NCBI GenBank assembly: GCA_964057225.1 | Contig: OZ059895.1 | Coordinates: forward strand, 18,228,001 to 18,292,000 | Length of the DNA: 64,000 nucleotides | From: Auanema rhodensis | Lineage: Eukaryota; Animalia; Nematoda | Reading direction: 5' to 3' | In this document: positions 13,301-28,041 of the stretch, in pieces | How positions within the stretch are numbered: position 1 is the stretch's first letter | Layout: every line of letters begins with the position of its first letter | The notes under the pieces: model-generated | Told to the model about the DNA's origin: nothing | Database searches by the model: none | Seen by the model: the letters and a program-made list of their open reading frames with translations, nothing else | Translations under genes and position numbers: made by a program

Positions 13301-16300
13301 GAAATATTGGAGATGAAACCAAGTGCTGTCTACGTTGTTTCAAATAGAAATTAATAGAATACTTTCTGTATTATGACGCTTGAAGCATTTCTTAATGTCA
13401 TTATCTTCTACATTTTCAAAACAAAAAGGATTTCTGGAGATATGGGGAATTGAACCCCAGCCCTCTCCCATGCTAAGGGAGCGCTCTACCACTGAGCTAT
13501 ATCCCCACACATGTACGTGTTTCAAGTTCTTTATTCAAACCTTCAGTACTTCGAGACTATAAATGAAATATTGGAGGTGAAACCAAGTGCTGTCTACGTT
13601 GTTTCAAATAGAAATTAATAGAATACTTTCTGTATTATGACGCTTGAAGCATTTCTTAATGTCATTATCTTCTACATTTTCAAAACAAAAAGGATTTCTG
13701 GAGATATGGGGAATTGAACCCCAGCCCTCTCCCATGCTAAGGGAGCGCTCTACCACTGAGCTATATCCCCACACATGTACGTGTTTCAAGTTCTTTATTC
13801 AAACCTTCAGTACTTCGAGACTATAAATGAAATATTGGAGGTGAAACCAAGTGCTGTCTACGTTGTTTCTAATAGAAATTAATAGAATACTTTCTGTATA
13901 TTGACTCTTGAAGCATATCTTAATGCCATTATCTTCTACATTTTCAAAACAAAAATGATTTCTGGAGATATGGGGAATTGAACCCCAGCCCTCTCCCATG
14001 CTAAGGGAGCGCTCTACCACTGAGCTATATCCCCACACATGTACGTGTTTCAAGTTCTTTATTCAAACCTACAGTACCTCGAGACTATAAATGAAATATT
14101 GGAGGTGAAATCAAGTGCTGTCTACGTTGTTTCAAATAAAAATTAATAGAATACATTCTGTATTATGACGCTTGAAGCATTTCCCAATGTCATTATCTTC
14201 TACATTTTCAAAACAAAAAGGATTTCTGGAGATATGGGGAATTGAACCCCAGCCCTCTCCCATGCTAAGGGAGCGCTCTACCACTGAGCTATATCCCCAC
14301 ACATGTATGTGTTTCAAGTTCTTTATTCAAACCTACAGTACCTCGAGACTATAAATGAAATATTGGAGGTGAAACCAAGTGCTGTCTAAGTTGTTTTAAA
14401 TAGAAACTAATAGAATACTTTCTGTATTATGACGCTTGAAGCATTTCCAAATGTCATTATCTTCTACATTTAAAAAACAAAAAAGATTTCTGGAGATATG
14501 GGGAATTGAACCCCAGCCCTCTCCCATGCTAAGGGAGCGCTCTACCACTGAGCTATATCCCCACACATGTACGTGTTTCAAGTTCTTTATTCAAACCTTC
14601 AGTACTTCGAGACTGTAAATGAAATATTGGAGGTGAAACCAAGTGCTGTCTACGTTGTTTCAAATAGAAATTAATAGAATACTTTCTGAATATTGACTCA
14701 TGAAGCATTTCTTAATGTCATTATCTTCTACATTTTCAAAACAAAAAGGATTTCTGGAGATATGGGGAATTGAACCCCAGCCCTCTCCCATGCTAAGGGA
14801 GCGCTCTACCACTGAGATATATCCCCACACATGTACGTGTTTCAAGTTCTTTATTCAAACCTTCAGTACTTCGAGACTATAAATGAAATATTGGAGGTGA
14901 AATCAAGTGCTGTCTACGTTGTTTCAAATAGAAATTAATAGAATACTTTCTGTATTATGACGCTTGAAGCATTTCCCAATGTCATTATCTTCTACATTTT
15001 CAAAACAAAAAGGATTTCTGGAGATATGGGGAATTGAACCCCAGCCCTCTCCCATGCTAAGGGAGCGCTCTACCACTGAGCTATATCCCCACACATGTAC
15101 GTGTTTCAAGTTCTTTATTCAAACCTTCAGTACTTCGAGACTATAAATGAAATATTGGAGATGAAATCAAGTGCTGTCTACGTTGTTTCAAATAGAAATT
15201 AATAGAATACTTTCTGTATTATGACGCTTGAAGCATTTCTTAATGTCATTATCTTCTACATTTTCAAAACAAAAAGGATTTCTGGAGATATGGGGAATTG
15301 AACCCCAGCCCTCTCCCATGCTAAGGGAGCGCTCCACCACTGAGCTATATCCCCACACATGTACGTGTTTCAAGTTCTTTATTCAAACCTACAGTACCTC
15401 GAGCCTATAAATGAAATATTGGAGGTGAAACCAAGTGCTGTCTACGTTGTTTCAAATAGAAATTAATAGAATACTTTCTGTTTTATGACGCTTGAAGCAT
15501 TTCCCAATGTCATTATCTTCTACATTTTCAAAACAAAAAGGATTTCTGGAGATATGGGGAATTGAACCCCAGCCCTCTCCCATGCTAAGGGAGCGCTCTA
15601 CCACTGAGCTATATCCCCACACATGTACGTGTTTCAAGTTCTTTATTCAAACCTACAGTACCTCGAGACTATAAATGAAATATTGGAGGTGAAATCAAGT
15701 GCTGTCTACGTTGTTTCAAATAGAAATTAATAGAATACTTTCTGTATTATGACGCTTGAAGCATTTCCCAATGTCATTATCTTCTACATTTTCAAAACAA
15801 AAAGGATTTCTGGAGTTATGGGGAATTGAACCCCAGCCCTCTCCCATGCTAAGGGAGCGCTCTACCACTGAGCTATATCCCCACACATGTACGTGTTTCA
15901 AGTTCTTTATTCAAACCTTCAGTACTTCGAGACTATAAATGAAATATTGGAGATGAAACCAAGTGCTGTCTACGTTGTTTCAAATAGAAATTAATAGAAT
16001 ACTTTCTGTATTATGACGCTTGAAGCATTTCTTAATGTCATTATCTTCTACATTTTCAAAACAAAAAGGATTTCTGGAGATATGGGGAATTGAACCCCAG
16101 CCCTCTCCCATGCTAAGGGAGCGCTCTACCACTGAGCTATATCCCCACACATGTACGTGTTTCAAGTTCTTTATTCAAACCTTCAGTACTTCGAGACTAT
16201 AAATGAAATATTGGAGGTGAAACCAAGTGCTGTCTACGTTGTTTCAAATAGAAATTAATAGAATACTTTCTGTATTATGACGCTTGAAGCATTTCTTAAT

Positions 16301-17922
16301 GTCATTATCTTCTACATTTTCAAAACAAAAAGGATTTCTGGAGATATGGGGAATTGAACCCCAGCCCTCTCCCATGCTAAGGGAGCGCTCTACCACTGAG
16401 CTATATCCCCACACATGTACGTGTTTCAAGTTCTTTATTCAAACCTTCAGTACTTCGAGACTATAAATGAAATATTGGAGGTGAAACCAAGTGCTGTCTA
16501 CGTTGTTTCTAATAGAAATTAATAGAATACTTTCTGTATATTGACTCTTGAAGCATATCTTAATGTCATTATCTTCTACATTTTCAAAACAAAAAGGATT
16601 TCTGGAGATATGGGGAATTGAACTCCAGCCCCCTCCCATGCTAAGGGAGCGCTCTACCACTGAGCTATATCCCCACACATGTACGTGTTTCAAGTTCTTT
16701 ATTCAAACCTTCAGTACTTCGAGACTATAAATGAAATATTGGAGGTGAAACCAAGTGCTGTCTACGTTGTTTCTAATAGAAATTAATAGAATACTTTCTG
16801 TATATTGACTCTTGAAGCATATCTTAATGCCATTATCTTCTACATTTTCAAAACAAAAATGATTTCTGGAGATATGGGGAATTGAACCCCAGCCCTCTCC
16901 CATGCTAAGGGAGCGCTCTACCACTGAGCTATATCCCCACACATGTACGTGTTTCAAGTTCTTTATTCAAACCTACAGTACCTCGAGACTATAAATGAAA
17001 TATTGGAGGTGAAATCAAGTGCTGTCTACGTTGTTTCAAATAAAAATTAATAGAATACATTCTGTATTATGACGCTTGAAGCATTTCCCAATGTCATTAT
17101 CTTCTACATTTTCAAAACAAAAAGGATTTCTGGAGATATGGGGAATTGAACCCCAGCCCTCTCCCATGCTAAGGGAGCGCTCTACCACTGAGCTATATCC
17201 CCACACATGTATGTGTTTCAAGTTCTTTATTCAAACCTACAGTACCTCGAGACTATAAATGAAATATTGGAGGTGAAACCAAGTGCTGTCTAAGTTGTTT
17301 TAAATAGAAACTAATAGAATACTTTCTGTATTATGACGCTTGAAGCATTTCCAAATGTCATTATCTTCTACATTTAAAAAACAAAAAAGATTTCTGGAGA
17401 TATGGGGAATTGAACCCCAGCCCTCTCCCATGCTAAGGGAGCGCTCTACCACTGAGCTATATCCCCACACATGTACGTGTTTCAAGTTCTTTATTCAAAC
17501 CTTCAGTACTTCGAGACTGTAAATGAAATATTGGAGGTGAAACCAAGTGCTGTCTACGTTGTTTCAAATAGAAATTAATAGAATACTTTCTGAATATTGA
17601 CTCATGAAGCATTTCTTAATGTCATTATCTTCTACATTTTCAAAACAAAAAGGATTTCTGGAGATATGGGGAATTGAACCCCAGCCCTCTCCCATGCTAA
17701 GGGAGCGCTCTACCACTGAGCTATATCCCCACACATGTACGTGTTTCAAGTTCTTTATTCAAACCTTCAGTACTTCGAGACTATAAATGAAATATTGGAG
17801 GTGAAATCAAGTGCTGTCTACGTTGTTTCAAATAAAAATAAATAGAATACTTTCTGTATTATGACGCTTGAAGCTTTTCCAAATGTCATTATCTTCTACA
17901 TTTTCAAAACAAAAAGGATTTC

Positions 17923-17994
17923 TGGAGATATGGGGAATTGAACCCCAGACCTCTCCCATGCGAAGGGAGCGCTCTACCACTGAGCTATATCCCC
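17923..17994 (-). tRNA. tRNA-Ala(CGC), first of about 33 CGC copies in the array
   Basis: Plus strand cagacctctcccatgcgaaggg gives anticodon loop TTCGCAT and variable loop AGGTC. The rest matches the AGC copies. Confidence 0.93.
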
Positions 17995-20900
17995 ACACAT
18001 GTACGTGTTTCAATTTCTTTATTCAAACCTACAGTACCTCGAGACTATAAATGAAATATTGGAGATGAAACCAAGTGCTGTCTAAGTTGTTTCAGATAGA
18101 AATTAATAGAATACTTTCTGTATTATGACGCTTGAAGCATTTCTCAATGTCATTATCTTCTACATTTTCAAAACAAAAAGGATTTCTGGAGATATGGGGA
18201 ATTGAACCCCAGCCCCCTCCCATGCTAAGGGAGCGCTCTACCACTGAGCTATATCCCCACACATGTACGGGTTTCAATTTCTTTATTCAAACCTACAGTA
18301 CCTCGAGACTATAAATGAAATATTGGAGGTGAAACCAAGTGCTGTCTACGTTGTTTTAAATAAAAATCAATGGAATACTTTCTGTATTATGACGCTTGAA
18401 GCATTTCCCAATGTCATTATCTTCTACATTTTCAAAACAAAAAGGATTTCTGGAGATATGGGGAATTGAACCCCAGCCCTCTCCCATGCTAAGGGAGCGC
18501 TCTACCACTGAGCTATATCCCCACACATGTACGTGTTTCAAGTTCTTTATTCAAACCTACAGTACCTCGAGACTATAAATGAAATATTGGAGGTGAAATC
18601 AAGTGCTGTCTACGTTGTTTCAAATAGAAATTAATAGAATACTTTCTGTATTATGACGCTTGAAGCATTTCCCAATGTCATTATCTTCTACATTTTCAAA
18701 ACAAAAAGGATTTCTGGAGATATGGGGAATTGAACCCCAGCCCTCTCCCATGCTAAGGGAGCGCTCTACCACTGAGCTATATCCCCACACATGTACGTGT
18801 TTCAAGTTCTTTATTCAAACCTTCAGTACTTCGAGACTATAAATGAAATATTGGAGATGAAACCAAGTGCTGTCTAAGTTGTTTCAGATAGAAATTAATA
18901 GAATACTTTCTGTATTATGACGCTTGAAGCATTTCTTAATGTCATTATCTTCTACATTTTCAAAACAAAAAGGATTTCTGGAGATATGGGGAATTGAACC
19001 CCAGCCCTCTCCCATGCTAAGGGAGCGCTCTACCACTGAGCTATATCCCCACACATGTACGTGTTTCAAGTTCTTTATTCAAACCTTCAGTACTTCGAGA
19101 CTATAAATGAAATATTGGAGGTGAAACCAAGTGCTGTCTACGTTGTTTCAAATAGAAATTAATAGAATACTTTCTGTATTATGACGCTTGAAGCATTTCT
19201 TAATGTCATTATCTTCTACATTTTCAAAACAAAAAGGATTTCTGGAGATATGGGGAATTGAACCCCAGCCCTCTCCCATGCTAAGGGAGCGCTCTACCAC
19301 TGAGCTATATCCCCACACATGTACGTGTTTCAAGTTCTTTATTCAAACCTTCAGTACTTCGAGACTATAAATGAAATATTGGAGGTGAAACCAAGTGCTG
19401 TCTACGTTGTTTCTAATAGAAATTAATAGAATACTTTCTGTATATTGACTCTTGAAGCATATCTTAATGTCATTATCTTCTACATTTTCAAAACAAAAAG
19501 GATTTCTGGAGATATGGGGAATTGAACTCCAGCCCCCTCCCATGCTAAGGGAGCGCTCTACCACTGAGCTATATCCCCACACATGTACGTGTTTCAAGTT
19601 CTTTATTCAAACCTTCAGTACTTCGAGACTATAAATGAAATATTGGAGGTGAAACCAAGTGCTGTCTACGTTGTTTCTAATAGAAATTAATAGAATACTT
19701 TCTGTATATTGACTCTTGAAGCATATCTTAATGTCATTATCTTCTACATTTTCAAAACAAAAATGATTTCTGGAGATATGGGGAATTGAACCCCAGCCCT
19801 CTCCCATGCTAAGGGAGCGCTCTACCACTGAGCTATATCCCCACACATGTACGTGTTTCAAGTTCTTTATTCAAACCTACAGTACCTCGAGACTATAAAT
19901 GAAATATTGGAGGTGAAATCAAGTGCTGTCTACGTTGTTTCAAATAAAAATTAATAGAATACATTCTGTATTATGACGCTTGAAGCATTTCCCAATGTCA
20001 TTATCTTCTACATTTTCAAAACAAAAAGGATTTCTGGAGATATGGGGAATTGAACCCCAGCCCTCTCCCATGCTAAGGGAGCGCTCTACCACTGAGCTAT
20101 ATCCCCACACATGTATGTGTTTCAAGTTCTTTATTCAAACCTACAGTACCTCGAGACTATAAATGAAATATTGGAGGTGAAACCAAGTGCTGTCTAAGTT
20201 GTTTTAAATAGAAACTAATAGAATACTTTCTGTATTATGACGCTTGAAGCATTTCCAAATGTCATTATCTTCTACATTTAAAAAACAAAAAAGATTTCTG
20301 GAGATATGGGGAATTGAACCCCAGCCCTCTCCCATGCTAAGGGAGCGCTCTACCACTGAGCTATATCCCCACACATGTACGTGTTTCAAGTTCTTTATTC
20401 AAACCTTCAGTACTTCGAGACTGTAAATGAAATATTGGAGGTGAAACCAAGTGCTGTCTACGTTGTTTCAAATAGAAATTAATAGAATACTTTCTGAATA
20501 TTGACTCATGAAGCATTTCTTAATGTCATTATCTTCTACATTTTCAAAACAAAAAGGATTTCTGGAGATATGGGGAATTGAACCCCAGCCCTCTCCCATG
20601 CTAAGGGAGCGCTCTACCACTGAGCTATATCCCCACACATGTACGTGTTTCAAGTTCTTTATTCAAACCTTCAGTACTTCGAGACTATAAATGAAATATT
20701 GGAGGTGAAATCAAGTGCTGTCTACGTTGTTTCAAATAAAAATAAATAGAATACTTTCTGTATTATGACGCTTGAAGCTTTTCCAAATGTCATTATCTTC
20801 TACATTTTCAAAACAAAAAGGATTTCTGGAGATATGGGGAATTGAACCCCAGACCTCTCCCATGCGAAGGGAGCGCTCTACCACTGAGCTATATCCCCAC

Positions 20901-23900
20901 ACATGTACGTGTTTCAATTTCTTTATTCAAACCTACAGTACCTCGAGACTATAAATGAAATATTGGAGGTGAAACCAAGTGCTGTCTAAGTTGTTTCAGA
21001 TAGAAATTAATAGAATACTTTCTGTATTATGACGCTTGAAGCATTTCCAAATGTCATTATCTTCTACATTTTCAAAACAAAAAGGATTTCTGGAGATATG
21101 GGGAATTGAACCCCAGACCTCTCCCATGCGAAGGGAGCGCTCTACCACTGAGCTATATCCCCACACATGTACGTGTTTCAATTTCTTTATTCAAACCTAC
21201 AGTACCTCGAGACTATAAATGAAATATTGGAGATGAAACCAAGTGCTGTCTAAGTTGTTTCAGATAGAAATTAATAGAATACTTTCTGTATTATGACGCT
21301 TGAAGCATTTCTCAATGTCATTATCTTCTACATTTTCAAAACAAAAAGGATTTCTGGAGATATGGGGAATTGAACCCCAGCCCCCTCCCATGCTAAGGGA
21401 GCGCTCTACCACTGAGCTATATCCCCACACATGTACGTGTTTCAATTTCTTTATTCAAACCTTCAGTACTTCGAGACTATAAATGAAATATTGGAGGTGA
21501 AACCAAGTGCTGTCTACGTTGTTTCAAATAGAAATTAATAGAATACTTTCTGTATTATGACGCTTGAAGCATTTCTCAATGTCATTATCTTCTACATTTT
21601 CAAAACAAAAAGGATTTCTGGAGATATGGGGAATTGAACCCCAGCCCCCTCCCATGCTGAGGGAGCGCTCTACCACTGAGCTATATCCCCACACATGTAC
21701 GTGTTTCAAGTTCTTTATTCAAACCTTCAGTACTTCGAGACTATAAATGAAATATTGGAGGTGAAACCAAGTGCTGTCTACGTTGTTTCTAATAGAAATT
21801 AATAGAATACTTTCTGTATATTGACTCTTGAAGCATATCTTAATGTCATTATCTTCTACATTTTCAAAACAAAAATGATTTCTGGAGATATGGGGAATTG
21901 AACCCCAGCCCTCTCCCATGCTAAGGGAGCGCTCTACCACTGAGCTATATCCCCCACATGTACGTGTTTCAAGTTCTTTATTCAAACCTACAGTACCTCG
22001 AGACTATAAATGAAATATTGGAGGTGAAACCAAGTGCTGTCTACGTTGTTTCAAATAGAAATTAATAGAATACTTTCTGTATTATGACGCTTGAAGCATT
22101 TCCAAATGTCATTATCTTCTACATTTTCAAAACAAAAAGAATTTCTGGAGATATGGGGAATTGAACCCCAGCCCTCTCCCATGCTAAGGGAGCGCTCTAC
22201 CACTGAGCTATATCCCCACACATGTACGTGTTTCAAGTTCTTTATTCAAACCTTCAGTACTTCGAGACTATAAATGAAATATTGGAGATGAAACCAAGTG
22301 CTGTCTACGTTGTTTCAAATAGAAATTAATAGAATACTTTCTGTATTATGACGCTTGAAGCATTTCCAAATGTCATTATCTTCTACATTTTCAAAACAAA
22401 AAGGATTTCTGGAGATATGGGGAATTGAACCCCAGCCCTCTCCCATGCTAAGGGAGCGCTCTACCACTGAGCTATATCCCCACACATGTACGTGTTTCAA
22501 GTTCTTTATTCAAACCCACAGTACCTCGAGACTATAAATGAAATATTGGAGGTGAAATCAAGTGCTGTCTACGTTGTTTCAAATAAAAATTAATAGAATA
22601 CATTCTGTATTATGACGCTTGAAGCATTTCCCAATGTCATTATCTTCTACATTTTCAAAACAAAAAGGATTTCTGGAGATATGGGGAATTGAACCCCAGC
22701 CCTCTCCCATGCTAAGGGAGCGCTCTACCACTGAGCTATATCCCCACACATATACGTGTTTCAAGTTCTTTATTCAAACCTTCAGTACTTCGAGACTATA
22801 AATGAAATATTGGAGGTGAAATCAAGTGCTGTCTACGTTGTTTCAAATAGAAATTAATAGAATACTTTCTGTATTATGACGCTTGAAGCATTTCCAAATG
22901 TCATTATCTTCTACATTTAAAAAACAAAAAAGATTTCTGGAGATATGGGGAATTGAACCCCAGCCCTCTCCCATGCTAAGGGAGCGCTCTACCACTGAGC
23001 TATATCCCCACACATGTACGTGTTTCAAGTTCTTTATTCAAACCTTCAGTACTTCGAGACTGTAAATGAAATATTGGAGGTGAAACCAAGTGCTGTCTAC
23101 GTTGTTTCAAATAGAAATTAATAGAATACTTTCTGAATATTGACTCATGAAGCATTTCTTAATGTCATTATCTTCTACTATTTCAAAACAAAAAGGATTT
23201 CTGGAGATATGGGGAATTGAACCCCAGCCCTCTCCCATGCTAAGGGAGCGCTCTACCACTGAGCTATATCCCCACACATGTACGTGTTTCAAGTTCTTTA
23301 TTCAAACCTTCAGTACTTCGAGACTGTAAATGAAATATTGGAGGTGAAACCAAGTGCTGTCTACGTTGTTTCAAATAGAAATTAATAGAATACTTTCTGA
23401 ATATTGACTCATGAAGCATATCTTAATGTCATTATCTTCTACATTTTCAAAACAAAAAGGATTTCTGGAGATATGGGGAATTGAACCCCAGCCCTCTCCC
23501 ATGCTAAGGGAGCGCTCTACCACTGAGCTATATCCCCACACATGTACGTGTTTCAAGTTCTTTATTCAAACCTTCAGTACTTCGAGACTATAAATGAAAT
23601 ATTGGAGATGAAACCAAGTGCTGTCTACGTTGTTTCAAATAGAAATTAATAGAATACTTTCTGTATTATGACGCTTGAAGCATTTCCAAATGTCATTATC
23701 TTCTACATTTTCAAAACAAAAAGGATTTCTGGAGATATGGGGAATTGAACCCCAGCCCTCTCCCATGCTAAGGGAGCGCTCTACCACTGAGCTATATCCC
23801 CACACATGTACGTGTTTCAAGTTCTTTATTCAAACCTTCAGTACTTCGAGACTATAAATGAAATATTGGAGATGAAACCAAGTGCTGTCTACGTTGTTTC

Positions 23901-25966
23901 AAATAGAAATTAATAGAATACTTTCTGTATTATGACGCTTGAAGCATTTCCAAATGTCATTATCTTCTACATTTTCAAAACAAAAAGGATTTCTGGAGAT
24001 ATGGGGAATTGAACCCCAGCCCTCTCCCATGCTAAGGGAGCGCTCTACCACTGAGCTATATCCCCACACATGTACGTGTTTCAAGTTCTTTATTCAAACC
24101 TTCAGTACTTCGAGACTATAAATGAAATATTGGAGATGAAACCAAGTGCTGTCTACGTTGTTTCAAATAGAAATTAATAGAATACTTTCTGTATTATGAC
24201 GCTTGAAGCATTTCCAAATGTCATTATCTTCTACATTTTCAAAACAAAAAGGATTTCTGGAGATATGGGGAATTGAACCCCAGCCCTCTCCCATGCTAAG
24301 GGAGCGCTCTACCACTGAGCTATATCCCCACACATGTACGTGTTTCAAGTTCTTTATTCAAACCCACAGTACCTCGAGACTATAAATGAAATATTGGAGG
24401 TGAAATCAAGTGCTGTCTACGTTGTTTCAAATAAAAATTAATAGAATACATTCTGTATTATGACGCTTGAAGCATTTCCCAATGTCATTATCTTCTACAT
24501 TTTCAAAACAAAAAGGATTTCTGGAGATATGGGGAATTGAACCCCAGCCCTCTCCCATGCTAAGGGAGCGCTCTACCACTGAGCTATATCCCCACACATG
24601 TATGTGTTTCAAGTTCTTTATTCAAACCTACAGTACCTCGAGACTATAAATGAAATATTGGAGGTGAAACCAAGTGCTGTCTAAGTTGTTTTAAATAGAA
24701 ACTAATAGAATACTTTCTGTATTATGACGCTTGAAGCATTTCCAAATGTCATTATCTTCTACATTTAAAAAACAAAAAAGATTTCTGGAGATATGGGGAA
24801 TTGAACCCCAGCCCTCTCCCATGCTAAGGGAGCGCTCTACCACTGAGCTATATCCCCACACATGTACGTGTTTCAAGTTCTTTATTCAAACCTTCAGTAC
24901 TTCGAGACTGTAAATGAAATATTGGAGGTGAAACCAAGTGCTGTCTACGTTGTTTCAAATAGAAATTAATAGAATACTTTCTGAATATTGACTCATGAAG
25001 CATTTCTTAATGTCATTATCTTCTACATTTTCAAAACAAAAAGGATTTCTGGAGATATGGGGAATTGAACCCCAGCCCTCTCCCATGCTAAGGGAGCGCT
25101 CTACCACTGAGCTATATCCCCACACATGTACGTGTTTCAAGTTCTTTATTCAAACCTTCAGTACTTCGAGACTATAAATGAAATATTGGAGGTGAAACCA
25201 AGTGCTGTCTACGTTGTTTCAAATAGAAATTAATAGAATACTTTCTGTATTATGACGCTTGAAGCATTTCTTAATGTCATTATCTTCTACTATTTCAAAA
25301 CAAAAAGGATTTCTGGAGATATGGGGAATTGAACCCCAGCCCTCTCCCATGCTAAGGGAGCGCTCTACCACTGAGCTATATCCCCACACATATACGTGTT
25401 TCAAGTTCTTTATTCAAACCTTCAGTACTTCGAGACTATAAATGAAATATTGGAGGTGAAATCAAGTGCTGTCTACGTTGTTTCAAATAAAAATAAATAG
25501 AATACTTTCTGTATTATGACGCTTGAAGCATTTCTTAATGTCATTATCTTCTACTATTTCAAAACAAAAAGGATTTCTGGAGATATGGGGAATTGAACCC
25601 CAGCCCTCTCCCATGCTAAGGGAGCGCTCTACCACTGAGCTATATCCCCACACATGTACGTGTTTCAAGTTCTTTATTCAAACCTTCAGTACTTCGAGAC
25701 TATAAATGAAATATTGGAGATGAAACCAAGTGCTGTCTACGTTGTTTCAAATAGAAATTAATAGAATACTTTCTGTATTATGACGCTTGAAGCATTTCCA
25801 AATGTCATTATCTTCTACATTTTCAAAACAAAAAGGATTTCTGGAGATATGGGGAATTGAACCCCAGCCCTCTCCCATGCTAAGGGAGCGCTCTACCACT
25901 GAGCTATATCCCCACACATGTACGTGTTTCAAGTTCTTTATTCAAACCCACAGTACCTCGAGACTG

Positions 25967-26311
25967 CGTTCCATTCGGACTCCCCATATATGTAGCTGAA
26001 GGGTTAGAGCCAGACGACCAGAGGACCGAGGAATGGCTCCGCCTTCCCTCGTTCCCTTGGTCGGGAGTTCGCCTCTTAGCAAGCTCATGGACGGCTTGTA
26101 GTTTAGTCTTTATACTTATATTTATCTTATTGTATTGTATCTTTATCTTTGTATATTATTGTTGTAGTTTCATGCCAATAAATCTTTCTCTCTTTTATCT
26201 TATGATTGACCTTATGCTCTTTATTCCTTACCGCTACACCAAGGAATACTATGCGCGTCATAGTATAAACTACAATGGTTTATATTATCGACGCAGGAGC
26301 GTAACGGAACG
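25967..26311 (+). repeat. 5' LTR of element 1
   Basis: CGTTCC...GGAACG terminal inverted repeat; contains AATAAA; direct repeat of 29156-29500. Confidence 0.95.
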
Positions 26312-26332
26312 TGGAGGTTCCACCTCGAACTC
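26312..26332 (+). promoter_or_regulatory. Primer-binding site, tRNA-Gln type (13-nt match, 5-nt gap, then T-arm match)
   Basis: TGGAGGTTCCACC-TCGAACTC compared with the complement of the eukaryotic tRNA-Gln 3' end (TGGAGGTTCCACCGAGATTYGAACTC). Confidence 0.85.
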
Positions 26333-28041
26333 ATCTTTTGAAAAAAAAAATTTTTTTTTTATTGTAAAAGTCCATTTTTGCATTCTAAATTATAAATTCC
26401 TCCACTTGAAACAACAAAATGAAGGCGCCAATTTGTTTTAAGGTACAGATACAAGGGATCTCGCTTAAATGCGAGATAGGACCCATAAAATTTTTGCCCG
26501 CCGTCCTCAATTTAAAACCGTCTGAATGTCCACCCTTTTCTATATCGTATCTTGTACCGCTTCTCATGCCATTTTGAGGACGTTTGGATTGAAATAGAGG
26601 ACACTTTCGCCAAACGAGAAATTATAATTGTTCACATTTTTTTTGGGCATAGAGAAGTTTGATTATCGGAACAAAAATTTAAAAGACGCGTGCAATTGAT
26701 TATAGTTTGTATATTTTGTGGTCAGGACTAGAATTTTGAAAAATTATTATATTCAGACGTAAAAGATCATTTTACATATTATTTTGCGGGAAACCAAAAA
26801 CGGTTACATAAATTGAATATAAAAAGAGACCACACTAGTCCGAAAAAGCCTGGTAAATCTGCATTAAGACTTCTCAGCTCTTATTTGACAGTCAGGTCAA
26901 GTTGGCGGAAGCATAACTGCTACGGATTTTATCCCCGTAGATTATGTCACCTTCCTCAAATCATTTCGTTGTTTCAACTCATAAGATACCCCTTATCTCC
27001 TACAGTAATCCTAAGTAAATGGGAAATGTTTAAAAATAGACGTATTTTTCTCATTTTCAAAAAGAAATTCGCTTAGGAAAACGCACTTTTGCTTATTTTG
27101 ATCAAGAAAAAGGACAGCCTTTTCAATAACTCTCCTCAAACCTCATTAGCATGCACAATGTCGAAAACATTTTGAGCAAAACATGCTATTTAAGGGAAAA
27201 AGAATGAGGAAAAGATTGAAAACATAAGTCCATTTTCTTGACGAAAACAGAGCAAAGCGCATAAAAATAAAAACACAGAGTACAAGCTTTATTCAGTCAA
27301 AATCCCCACTTGAAAGCTAGCTGTCTCTCAAACTCTGCAACAAGAGAGATAGGCTCGTAACTGGGGGTGAGGTATTCGGGATACTCTCTCCCCAGTGAGG
27401 CCCTCAGCTGCAATCCAAGCGAAGAGCTATCATAACATACATAAATTTTAAACAAAATTTTACATTATAATTCATAGAATAAAGGCTGCCTCTCGGTATA
27501 CCATCTCCAGGGACTTCCTACAAGTCCACACGGGAGAGCGGCATAAGAATGCGCGCAGAGGTCACGGAGGCAGAGACGCCCTACGAGCTCAATCTCGGGC
27601 GCAATTTCCGCCATAGCGGAAAAATTAACGAGGCCCCTGCCCAAATAGAACATTTGCAGATCCTCAATAAACTAAAATAGCAAAAGAAAATACTGAAATT
27701 GACTAATGCACCAACCATTAATACTATATCAGGATGGGGCCTATAAGCCAATCTCTCTTCAGCATCATAAAAGACAATAACGTCATACAGCTTTTGCATG
27801 ACAAAGGTCATTCCAGTAGGCTAGACGCTCATTTTTATGAATTCTTAGCTCTCAAAAATAATAAAATCTAGCTTGGTAAACAAGAGAAAAAATTGGGACA
27901 AAAACATGATTGAAAGCTACTAGTGAAGAGAGAAATTAAAGGATGTACAAGCGGAAAGTGCAAGAGCGGATAAAAATAGTTTTTGAGAAAAGATAAACAC
28001 CATTAACTATAATAAGCTTACGGTAGATAGGCGGAGTCAGA

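Larger units (their letters stand above)
1..25966 (-). repeat. tRNA-Ala tandem array, block 1 (264-bp unit; about 98 complete tRNA genes plus 1 partial; continues beyond the left edge)
   Basis: 264-bp periodicity (ORF track repeats at 140, 404, 668...). Each unit has a 72-nt tRNA on the minus strand and about 192 nt of AT-rich spacer. One 1-bp deletion near 21955. Confidence 0.98.

Noticed and set aside
1-25966. CRISPR-like regular repeat
   Set aside because: The spacers are near-identical rather than unique, the unit is 264 bp, the conserved part is a eukaryotic tRNA, and there are no cas genes.
26130-26441. Hydrophobic 103-aa ORF and other ORFs within the LTRs
   Set aside because: They lie in T-rich LTR sequence, cross LTR/PBS or LTR/array junctions, and are not credible genes.
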